From an uncultured Clostridia bacterium (lineage in GTDB: Bacteria > Bacillota > Clostridia > Oscillospirales > Oscillospiraceae): a stretch of 36,171 nt of DNA. Within the stretch, counting starts at the first letter, position 1, and every line of letters begins with the position of its first letter. The stretch is taken from NCBI GenBank assembly GCA_937915065.1, contig CALDMR010000123.1, positions 1 through 36,171 on the forward strand. The letters are read 5' to 3'. Shown here piece after piece: positions 19,076 through 26,603 of the stretch. A program made the position numbers and the translations under genes. The notes under the pieces are model-generated. The model was not told the DNA's origin. It did no database searches and saw only the letters and a list, made by a program, of their open reading frames with translations.

Positions 19076-20082
19076 ATAAAAAACGAATTTTGTTATTGAC
19101 CACCGGCGGAACCATCGCCTCTGCTGCAACAGAGGAGGGCCTGGCCCCGAATATCACGGGGGCGGGGCTGCAGCAGTTCGTGGGCGGTATGCTGGACGCC
19201 TTTTGCGTGACGGTGAAAGATATCCTGCACCTGGATTCTTCCAATATGCAGCCGGAGGAATGGGAGTTTATTGCCCGCAGCGTATATGAGAGCTGGCGGG
19301 ATTTTGACGGCATTGTGATCACCCACGGTACGGATACCATGAGCTATACTGCCGCTGCGCTGAGTTTCATGCTGTGCGGGATTCCGATCCCGGTGGTTTT
19401 GACCGGCGCGCAGCTGCCCATCACCCATCCGCTCAGCGATGCCACGGACAATCTGCGCACGGCCTTTGCCATGGCGGCTTCCGGGTATGGCGGCGTATAT
19501 CTGGCCTTTGACCGGCGGGTGATTTTGGGCACGCGGGCTGTGAAAACCCACACGATGAATTTCGGAGCCTTTGAGAGCGTGAACGCACCCCCGGCGGCGG
19601 AAGTGAATGCCCACGGCCTGGTGGTCAATGAGGCGGTGCTGCCGGCCTGTGACCCGGAATTTCAGCTGCGGGCAGATCTGTGCCGGGCGGTGTTTTTGCT
19701 GAAGCTGGTGCCGGGTACAGATCCGCGGATCTTTGACCTTCTGATGAAGCTGGGGATCCGGGGGATTGTTATTGAAGCCTTTGGCGCCGGAGGCGTGCAG
19801 TTTATCCGCCGGGATCTGACGAAAAAGCTGAACGAGGTGATCCGCAGCGGGATCAGCGTGGTGGTCTGCTCCCAGTGCCTGTATGAGCGCAGCGATTTTT
19901 CCCTGTATGAAGTGGGGCAGCGGGCCCTGGAGCAGGGTGTGATCCAAACTTTTGACATGACCTCGGAAGCGGCGGTGACCAAACTGATGTGGGTATTGGG
20001 CCGCACTCAGGAGCGTGCTGAGGTGGCCAAATGGTTTGACACGGATATGGCGGGGGAGATTTCCCTGACGCTGCATCGATAA
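19072..20082 (+). CDS. ansA: L-asparaginase type I
   Basis: GTG start overlaps the MATE stop (GTGA); TTGGTIAS, DSSNMQP, HGTDTM, LTGAQLP, DMTSEAAVTKL. Confidence 0.93.
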   Translation: MNKKRILLLTTGGTIASAATEEGLAPNITGAGLQQFVGGMLDAFCVTVKDILHLDSSNMQPEEWEFIARSVYESWRDFDGIVITHGTDTMSYTAAALSFMLCGIPIPVVLTGAQLPITHPLSDATDNLRTAFAMAASGYGGVYLAFDRRVILGTRAVKTHTMNFGAFESVNAPPAAEVNAHGLVVNEAVLPACDPEFQLRADLCRAVFLLKLVPGTDPRIFDLLMKLGIRGIVIEAFGAGGVQFIRRDLTKKLNEVIRSGISVVVCSQCLYERSDFSLYEVGQRALEQGVIQTFDMTSEAAVTKLMWVLGRTQERAEVAKWFDTDMAGEISLTLHR

Positions 20083-20084
20083 AG

Positions 20085-20130
20085 AAAAAACGGACAGAAA
20101 GCCCAAAGGGGCATTCTGTCCGTTTTCTGT
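20085..20130. terminator. Bidirectional intrinsic terminator
   Basis: AAAACGGACAGAA-A-GCCC...GGGC-A-TTCTGTCCGTTTT. Confidence 0.8.
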
Positions 20131-20139
20131 TGAATGGAT

Positions 20140-20517
20140 TTACTGCGGGGCGGCGGGGGTCTGCAGACGGCTGCAGACGAAGCTGATGGCGGCCAGAGCG
20201 TAGGCGCTGATCCACAGCACGTTCAGCCCGGTGGCGGGAACCTCGGCGAAGGCGGCCAGGCGCAGGTAAAGAAACAGGCTCAGCAGGGCCACACATAAAT
20301 AGCGGGGATAGGTCACCAGCAGCTTTTGCCGCAGGGCGGCTTTGCGCGCCATCCGGCGGTGGCGGCTGGCCATGGAGGGGTGGGGGGCCTGCGCGGCTGC
20401 CGAAGGGGTAAAGGGGATGACCTTTTTCGTGCTGTGGGGGTGGACGTCGCTGTAATTGATCAAATCGACTTCCGGGCGTTCCAGTTTTCGTGCGCCGGTT
20501 TCGTAAGACATTGTCAT
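20140..20517 (-). CDS. Hypothetical 125-aa protein with two C-terminal TM helices, probably LexA-regulated
   Basis: SD GAGG before ATG 20517 (MTMSYETG); hydrophilic N-terminus, basic patch RHRRMARK, two hydrophobic helices; own promoter and terminator. Confidence 0.7.
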   Translation of the reverse strand: MTMSYETGARKLERPEVDLINYSDVHPHSTKKVIPFTPSAAAQAPHPSMASRHRRMARKAALRQKLLVTYPRYLCVALLSLFLYLRLAAFAEVPATGLNVLWISAYALAAISFVCSRLQTPAAPQ

Positions 20518-20557
20518 GGCAGATTCCTCGTTTCTCTCTATGAAATATTCGAAATAT

Positions 20558-20610
20558 CGAACTTCTGTTTTCATGTTTAAGATTATAGAACGAATGTTCA
20601 AAAAAGTCAA
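20558..20610 (-). promoter_or_regulatory. sigmaA promoter with LexA (SOS/Cheo) boxes
   Basis: Minus strand TTGACT (20610-20605), 17 bp spacer, TATAAT (20587-20582); GAAC-gaat-GTTC at 20588-20599 inside the spacer; second site CGAAC-ttct-GTTT at 20558-20570. Confidence 0.78.
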
Positions 20611-20742
20611 TCACAACTGGAACAAAAAATCGAATTTAGAATTTTATCCAAAAAGAAAGTAGAATTTCTGTTTCTTTTGTCGGTAAGGATAAGGGGGTGC
20701 GCCTACCAGGCGGGCTGCTGATGGGAAAAAGTGGGCTGCCTC

Positions 20743-20771
20743 TTGCGCGGCGGTGGGGGGACTGGTACAAT
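20743..20771 (+). promoter_or_regulatory. sigmaA promoter of dus
   Basis: TTGCGC, 17 bp spacer, TACAAT with extended -10 TG. Confidence 0.55.
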
Positions 20772-20800
20772 AGGGCGAGAAAGAGAAAAGGAGTGGGTGG

Positions 20801-21745
20801 ATGCGCGTTGATTTTGCCCCCATGGAGGGCGTGACAGGATATGTGTACCGCAATTTGCACCGCGCCATGTTCGGCGGGGTGGATCGGTATTATATGCCCT
20901 TTCTCTCGGCCAACCAGAGCAGGGTGTTTTCTAAAAAGGAGTGGCAGGATCTGTGCCCGGAGCACAACGGGTTTGATGATCTGGTGCCGCAGATCCTTGG
21001 AAAGGATGCGGAAGGATTTCTCTGGGCGGTGCGGGAATTGCGGGCCCTGGGCTATCGGGAGATTAATTTTAACTTGGGCTGTCCCTCGGGAACGGTGACG
21101 GCCAAGGGAAAGGGTGCCGGATTTCTGGCGCATCCCCGGGAGCTGGACGAATTTCTTGACCGGATCTATTCCGCTGTGGAGGGCCCTATTTCCATCAAAA
21201 CCCGGCTGGGGATCAGCGACCCTGCGGAATTTGGGCCGATTCTGGAGATCTATAACAAGTATCCCATCGCGGAACTCATCATCCACCCCCGGGTGCGCAA
21301 AGATTTTTATAAGCATCCTGCCCGGGTGGAAGCCTTTGCCGAGGCGCTGAGCCGGAGCAAGAATCCGGTGAGCTATAACGGAGATTTGATGACGATGGCG
21401 GATTGCAAAGCCATGGCGGCGCGGTTTCCCCAGGTGCAGGCGCTGATGGTGGGCCGCGGCCTGGTGGCCAATCCGGCCATGCTGGCGCCGGAAAAGCAGA
21501 CCCGTGAGGGGCTGCGGGATTTCCACGCGGCTTTGTATGAAGGGTATCGGGAAATGTTCGGCAATGACCGCAACGCCATGATGCGGATGAAAGAAGTCTG
21601 GTTCTATCATATTCATCTGTTCGATGATCACGAGAAGCTGGCCAAGCGGCTGCGCCGCACCACGGATGCGGCGGAATATCGGGCCGTTGTCCACGAAATT
21701 TATACCACGCTTCCCCTGCGCGCCGAGGCGCGGCAGGAATGGTGA
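20801..21745 (+). CDS. dus: tRNA-dihydrouridine synthase family protein
   Basis: APMEGVT, NFNLGCP, SIKTRLG, IIHPR, YNGD, MVGRG motifs. Confidence 0.92.
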   Translation: MRVDFAPMEGVTGYVYRNLHRAMFGGVDRYYMPFLSANQSRVFSKKEWQDLCPEHNGFDDLVPQILGKDAEGFLWAVRELRALGYREINFNLGCPSGTVTAKGKGAGFLAHPRELDEFLDRIYSAVEGPISIKTRLGISDPAEFGPILEIYNKYPIAELIIHPRVRKDFYKHPARVEAFAEALSRSKNPVSYNGDLMTMADCKAMAARFPQVQALMVGRGLVANPAMLAPEKQTREGLRDFHAALYEGYREMFGNDRNAMMRMKEVWFYHIHLFDDHEKLAKRLRRTTDAAEYRAVVHEIYTTLPLRAEARQEW

Positions 21746-21788
21746 AAAAACAGCACCTGTGCCCATCCGGGGCACAGGTGCTGTTTTT
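21745..21788. terminator. Bidirectional intrinsic terminator
   Basis: AAAAACAGCACCTGTGCCC-atccg-GGGCACAGGTGCTGTTTTT. Confidence 0.87.
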
Positions 21789-21796
21789 ATGCAGTT

Positions 21797-22765
21797 TTAC
21801 AGCTGCTCCAACAGGAAATAGCTGATATGGGACATGGCGGAGGCGGATTTTTTGGTGGGGAACATTTGGAATACATGCCACATCCCGTCATAAACTTCGA
21901 AGGTATTGGGCACATGGGCCGCCTCCAGCTTCTGGTGGAGCTGCTCGGCGTCGGAATAAAGGATTTCGTGGGTGCCGGCCTGGATCAGCGTGGGCGGAAA
22001 ACCGGTAAAATCTCCCAGCAGGGGGGAAAGGTCGGGGTCGCGGAGATCCTGGCTGCCGGCATAGGCGGTGCGGACGGCCTTGATATAGTCCATCGTCAGC
22101 ATGGGATCGATTTCCTGCCGCTCGGTATAAGAGGGGCCGGAGGCGGTCATATCTGTCCAGGGGGAGAGCAGCACCAGGGCGCCGGGGAGCATGCGCCCCT
22201 GCTGGCGCAGGCGGCGGCACAGCACCAGGGCCAGGTTGCCGCCGGCGCTGTCGCCCACTACGGTGACATTCCGGGCGCCGTATCCCAGGTACATCAGGTG
22301 ATCCCAGGCCCGCAGGGCATCTTCCACCGCGGCGGGATAAGGGTGCTCCGGCGCCAGGCGGTAGTCAAAGGTAAGCACATCGTAGCCGGTGACATGGGTC
22401 AGTTTGGAGGCCAGCACCCGGGAGTAGCCCAGGTTGCCGCTGGTATATCCCCCGCCGTGACAGTAGAGGATCACATGCTTGCGCCGGTGGGGATGCTTCA
22501 GGCGCATCCAGGCGGCCTTCATACCGTCCAGCGCAAAGGGCTCCCAGGAAAGACCGGTCATGGGGGCCGCCAGGCGGCCCATAACTTCCTGGGTTTTGCG
22601 CTGGCGTTCCAACTCCTCGGCGGTCATGGCGTCGGGAGCGCTGACGCTGTGCAGGGCTTTCAGGGCCTGCATGGCCGGGCCAAGGCGCAGCTTTTCGGCG
22701 GCCCGCTTCTGGGCCGGCGACGGCTGGCCTGCGCCGCGCAGTTTTCGGGTGCGTTTTCGTTCCAT
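21797..22765 (-). CDS. Alpha/beta hydrolase, HSL (family IV) esterase/lipase
   Basis: HGGGY oxyanion motif, DYRLAPEHPYP, GDSAGG nucleophile, HEIL, GMWHVF. Confidence 0.92.
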   Translation of the reverse strand: MERKRTRKLRGAGQPSPAQKRAAEKLRLGPAMQALKALHSVSAPDAMTAEELERQRKTQEVMGRLAAPMTGLSWEPFALDGMKAAWMRLKHPHRRKHVILYCHGGGYTSGNLGYSRVLASKLTHVTGYDVLTFDYRLAPEHPYPAAVEDALRAWDHLMYLGYGARNVTVVGDSAGGNLALVLCRRLRQQGRMLPGALVLLSPWTDMTASGPSYTERQEIDPMLTMDYIKAVRTAYAGSQDLRDPDLSPLLGDFTGFPPTLIQAGTHEILYSDAEQLHQKLEAAHVPNTFEVYDGMWHVFQMFPTKKSASAMSHISYFLLEQL

Positions 22766-22810
22766 AGGCTCCTCCTGTCGCTTTTACGGGAAATTTGTGG
22801 ATTGTTCCCC

Positions 22811-22887
22811 AGTATACCATGCTCCGCCGGATTTGAAAAGCAGAAAGGTGATCTTGGGTTGCGCCGGCACCGCGAAAATGATACAAT
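22811..22887. promoter_or_regulatory. Back-to-back divergent sigmaA promoters (esterase / acyltransferase)
   Basis: Minus strand TGnTATACT (22811-22819); plus strand TTGCGC (22859), 17 bp spacer, TACAAT (22882) with TG. Confidence 0.55.
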
Positions 22888-22921
22888 AAATAAAATCTTA
22901 AAATTTTAAGGAGGGGCGCAG

Positions 22922-24199
22922 ATGGGGAAACTGCACAGGCGGTGGTATACGCTGGACAATGCCGGCGTGTTGTATGCGGCGCTCCAGCGAAAGGAATACT
23001 CGGCCATTTACCGCTTTTCAGCGGTTATGAACGAGCCGGTGGACAGGGCTGCGCTTCAGCGGGCGATCGATCGGATCCGTCCCCGGTTCCCCGTGTTTTT
23101 CTCCCGGATCAAAATGGGCCTGTTTTGGTATTATCTGGAACCCAACGATGCGCCCGGCCCCTTTGTGAAGGAGGATGTGCGCGATCCCTGCCGCCCCATG
23201 AACTTTCGGGAGGATCAGGGCTGGCTGGTGCGCTTTTTTGTTTACGACCGGCGAATTTCCGTGGAGGTATTCCATGCCCTGTCCGATGGCGGCGGGGCCA
23301 TGTTCCTGTTCCGCACGCTGCTGGCAGAGTATCTGCGGCAAAGGGGCTGCGCTGTGGCCCTGGCGCCGGGCATGGCAGATCCCGGGGAAGCGCCGCGGCC
23401 CGGAGAACTGGAGGATGCCTATGCCCGCTATGTGGGGCCCCACACGGCCCGGACCCGCTCTGCGGAACAGGCTTATCCGAACCGGGGCACGCCGGAGTCC
23501 TACTATACCTTCCATGTGACCATGGGCTTTTTGCCCGTGGACCGGCTGAAGGCAAAGGCGAAGGAATACGGCGCCTCGATCACCGAATATCTGGCGGCGG
23601 CCCTGCTGTGGGTGCTGATGGAAAAGCAGCAGCGGGAAAACCCGCGACACCTGCTGCCGGTAACGCTGGCGGTGCCCATCAATCTGCGGGGATATTTTGA
23701 AACGGAAACCCTGCGCAATTTTATTACCACGGTGCGGCCCTGTATTGACCCGCGCTGGGGGGAGTATACGTTTGAAGAGGTGGTGCGCCAGGTGCGCCAC
23801 TATATGCAGCTGCACATTAACCGCCAGGAACTGCGGGCGGGCTTTACCCACAATGTGCGCTTTCAAACGAATCCGCTTTTGAATAAGATCCCCATTGTGC
23901 TGAAAAATCCGGTGATGCGCCTGAGCTATTATTTGGCAGGGGTGCGGCCATACACGCTGACCTTTACCAATCCCGGCCCCTTCCGGGTGCCGCCGGATAT
24001 GGAGGATCATATCCACCATTTGGAGGTGATCCTGGGGCAGTCTATGCAGCCCAAGGTGAACTGCGCCAGCATCAGTTATGGAAATCAGATGGAGATTACC
24101 TTTGCCGGAACCCAGAAGGAGACAGATACCGAGCGGGCCTTTTTCCGCTTTCTGGTCAAAGAGGGGCTGCCGGTCAGGATCGAAAGCAATCGAACATAA
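22922..24199 (+). CDS. CoA-dependent acyltransferase, alcohol acetyltransferase / condensation-domain fold
   Basis: SD AGGAGG; LDNAG, catalytic HxxxDG (FHALSDGGG), VPINLR...TLRNF, FTNPG motifs. Confidence 0.8.
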   Translation: MGKLHRRWYTLDNAGVLYAALQRKEYSAIYRFSAVMNEPVDRAALQRAIDRIRPRFPVFFSRIKMGLFWYYLEPNDAPGPFVKEDVRDPCRPMNFREDQGWLVRFFVYDRRISVEVFHALSDGGGAMFLFRTLLAEYLRQRGCAVALAPGMADPGEAPRPGELEDAYARYVGPHTARTRSAEQAYPNRGTPESYYTFHVTMGFLPVDRLKAKAKEYGASITEYLAAALLWVLMEKQQRENPRHLLPVTLAVPINLRGYFETETLRNFITTVRPCIDPRWGEYTFEEVVRQVRHYMQLHINRQELRAGFTHNVRFQTNPLLNKIPIVLKNPVMRLSYYLAGVRPYTLTFTNPGPFRVPPDMEDHIHHLEVILGQSMQPKVNCASISYGNQMEITFAGTQKETDTERAFFRFLVKEGLPVRIESNRT

Positions 24200-24217
24200 A
24201 GAAAGGGAGCGGGAAAC

Positions 24218-24922
24218 ATGCCTTATTGTGTGAATTGCGGCGTGGAATTGGACAGCGGCGTCAAGCGCTGCCCGCTGTGCAATACCCCTGTTTATCATCC
24301 GGATGCGCTGCGGGCTGCCGACGAGCCCTCTTTTTTCGCGGAAAAAAAGGAGGACATTGCGCCGGTGTCCCAGTGGGAATTGGCATTGCTGCTCAGCGCT
24401 ATGCTGCTTTCTGTGGCGGTGTGCTGCGGCATATTAAACTTTTTCCTGCGCACCAGCCACATCTGGTCGCTGTATATCGTTGGTGCGGCGGCCATGCTGT
24501 GGATCTGGTTTGTGCTGCCGTTGGTGGCCAGGCGGCTTCCACCCTGGGTGGCCCTGCCCATCGATGTGGGCGCCGTGGGCCTGTATGTATTTTTGGCGGC
24601 CATTGATCTGAACGGCATGGTCTGGTTCCGGGGGCTGGTGCTGCCCATTTTGATCAGTGCTGTGGTTATTTTGCTGGTGCTGTGCTTCCTGCTGCGGGAT
24701 CACCGCCATAAAATGCTGACTACGGCGACCTTTATTATTTGCGCTGCGGCGCTGCTGGCCCTGGCGGCGGAGTTTTTTTGCGACCGCTTTTTCATGGGCC
24801 ATTGGCAGCCCGGCTGGTCTCTGGTGGTGCTGACGGTATGCGTGGCCCTGGCGGTGCCGCTGGTGATCGTGCGCCATGTGCCCGCTCTGCGGGAAGAAGC
24901 CCGGCGCAGATTTCATGTGTGA
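24218..24922 (+). CDS. Zinc-ribbon plus ~6 TM membrane protein (DUF6320-like)
   Basis: MPYCVNCGVEL...CPLC; six hydrophobic helices; C-terminal REEARRRFHV. Confidence 0.75.
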   Translation: MPYCVNCGVELDSGVKRCPLCNTPVYHPDALRAADEPSFFAEKKEDIAPVSQWELALLLSAMLLSVAVCCGILNFFLRTSHIWSLYIVGAAAMLWIWFVLPLVARRLPPWVALPIDVGAVGLYVFLAAIDLNGMVWFRGLVLPILISAVVILLVLCFLLRDHRHKMLTTATFIICAAALLALAAEFFCDRFFMGHWQPGWSLVVLTVCVALAVPLVIVRHVPALREEARRRFHV

Positions 24923-24929
24923 ATGATTG

Positions 24930-24970
24930 AAAACAGACGGCGCGTCCCATCGGGACGCGCCGTCTGCTTA
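24930..24970. terminator. Intrinsic terminator between convergent genes
   Basis: CAGACGGCGCGTCCC-atc-GGGACGCGCCGTCTG. Confidence 0.8.
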
Positions 24971-25003
24971 TGTTTGGTACAATATATCTTTGCGCAAGCC
25001 GGA

Positions 25004-25777
25004 TCAAATATCGGGCATTTTTGCGGTGGGCATCATCAGCACCTTGCCGGTGCCGCGATAAACGTTGACGAGGCCCTCGCCGGAGGCGGCGGAGCCCAGC
25101 AGGCTCTTGCCGGAGCGCTCCACGGTGAAGTCCAGGGCCTTGCTCCAGGCGATCACATAATTTCCGTCCACTTTCAGCACATCGTTCTGCAGGGTGATCT
25201 CGATGAGCTCTTCCTTGGGGCACTCGGATTCGATGCAGAATACGCCGCTGCCGTTCAAGCTCAGGTTGAACAGCCCCTCGCCGCCGGCCACGGCGGAAGA
25301 CAGGGAGGAGCGCATCACGGTTTTGGACTGCAGGGTGGACTCGCAGGCCAGGAACAGCCCGTCGTCCAGCACAACGCTGTTGCCCCAGTCAGCGGCGTCC
25401 ATCAGAATGAGGTGTTTATAAGTAGGCTCCAGTACCAGCATGCCGTCGCCCGTGTATTCCGGCTTGATGGCGGAGTCGCCGTTGGCTTTGCCGCGGACGG
25501 CCTTGCCCAGCAGATCGCCCACGCCCTTCACACCGGAGGTGGCGTTTACATTACCCAGCATCCACTGCATAGCGCCGGCCTGGATGGTGACCTGGGCCCT
25601 GTCCAGATGGCAGACCAGCTGCCGCTTTTTTACGTTCATTTGAGCGCTGTAATAAGCGGTGATAGCCGAGTGGGGCGACACGCTCAAATCGCGCTGATAC
25701 TCGATTACCTGAAATGCGCCCAGTTCAGAGAGCACCTTAACGTCATCGTTGTCAGTGAAGTTGGAAATTTGGTACAT
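25004..25777 (-). CDS. AIM24 family protein
   Basis: SD GGAGG, ATG 25777; QAGAMQWM, GGEGLF, VDGNYVIAW, SGEGLVNVYRGTGKVL motifs. Confidence 0.85.
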   Translation of the reverse strand: MYQISNFTDNDDVKVLSELGAFQVIEYQRDLSVSPHSAITAYYSAQMNVKKRQLVCHLDRAQVTIQAGAMQWMLGNVNATSGVKGVGDLLGKAVRGKANGDSAIKPEYTGDGMLVLEPTYKHLILMDAADWGNSVVLDDGLFLACESTLQSKTVMRSSLSSAVAGGEGLFNLSLNGSGVFCIESECPKEELIEITLQNDVLKVDGNYVIAWSKALDFTVERSGKSLLGSAASGEGLVNVYRGTGKVLMMPTAKMPDI

Positions 25778-25835
25778 AAGCAGCCTCCGTTCAATTTGAC
25801 ATTTAGTTGAAATTGTACAAAACTGTACTGTGGCG

Positions 25836-25864
25836 ATTATAGCACGGCGCTGCCGGGTTGGCAA
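25836..25864 (-). promoter_or_regulatory. sigmaA promoter of the AIM24 gene
   Basis: Minus strand TTGCCA, 17 bp spacer, TATAAT with extended -10 TG. Confidence 0.7.
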
Positions 25865-25892
25865 GTATAAATTGCATGCGGGGGAGCCGTGT

Positions 25893-26465
25893 TTAGGGCA
25901 GTTCTTCCGGCGTCAGGGGCCGGATCACGCGGCAGGGGTTTCCGGCGGCCAAAACGCCGTCGGGAATATCCTTGACCACCACGCTGCCTGCGCCGATCAC
26001 GGTGTTGCTGCCGATGGTGACCCCGGGCAGAATCCGCACGCCGCCGCCGATCCAAACGTTGTCGCCGATGGAAACCGGTTTGGCATATTCCAGCCCCTCG
26101 TTGCGCTGGGCCACATTGATGGGATGGCCGGCGGCATAGATCCCGCAGTCCGGCGCAATGAATACATGGTTTCCGATGGTGATGGGGGCGTCGTCCAGAA
26201 TGACCAGGTTGTAGTTGGAATAAAAATCTTCGCCGAGGGTGATGTTGTAGCCGTAGTCGCAGTGAAAGGGCTGCTCGATGCAGAAGCGCTCGCCGGTGCT
26301 GCCCAGGATCTTCCGCAGGGCGGCTTTGCGCTGCTCTGCGGCGTCCACGGGCAGGGCGTTGTAAGCCTGGCATTTTTTCTGGCACTCTGTGCGTTCCCGA
26401 ATCAGCTGTGGGTCAAAATTGTTGTTATAAAGCAGCCCGGCGCGGGCTTTTTCTTTTTCTGTCAT
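25893..26465 (-). CDS. maa: Maltose/galactoside O-acetyltransferase (hexapeptide repeat family)
   Basis: PFHCDYGYNI, GHP, IGDNVWIGG, IGAGSVVVKDIP, AGNPCRVIR. Confidence 0.9.
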   Translation of the reverse strand: MTEKEKARAGLLYNNNFDPQLIRERTECQKKCQAYNALPVDAAEQRKAALRKILGSTGERFCIEQPFHCDYGYNITLGEDFYSNYNLVILDDAPITIGNHVFIAPDCGIYAAGHPINVAQRNEGLEYAKPVSIGDNVWIGGGVRILPGVTIGSNTVIGAGSVVVKDIPDGVLAAGNPCRVIRPLTPEELP

Positions 26466-26603
26466 GGCAGGGGGCTCCTTTCGGGGTTATGGTGGCTCCA
26501 TCATATAACCGCCGGCCCTGCTTTGTCAATGCAGACGGAGAACGCTTCCTTTTTGATGCGCTTTCTGGTACAATAGGATCACTTTGAACCGAAGGAGTAC
26601 AGT

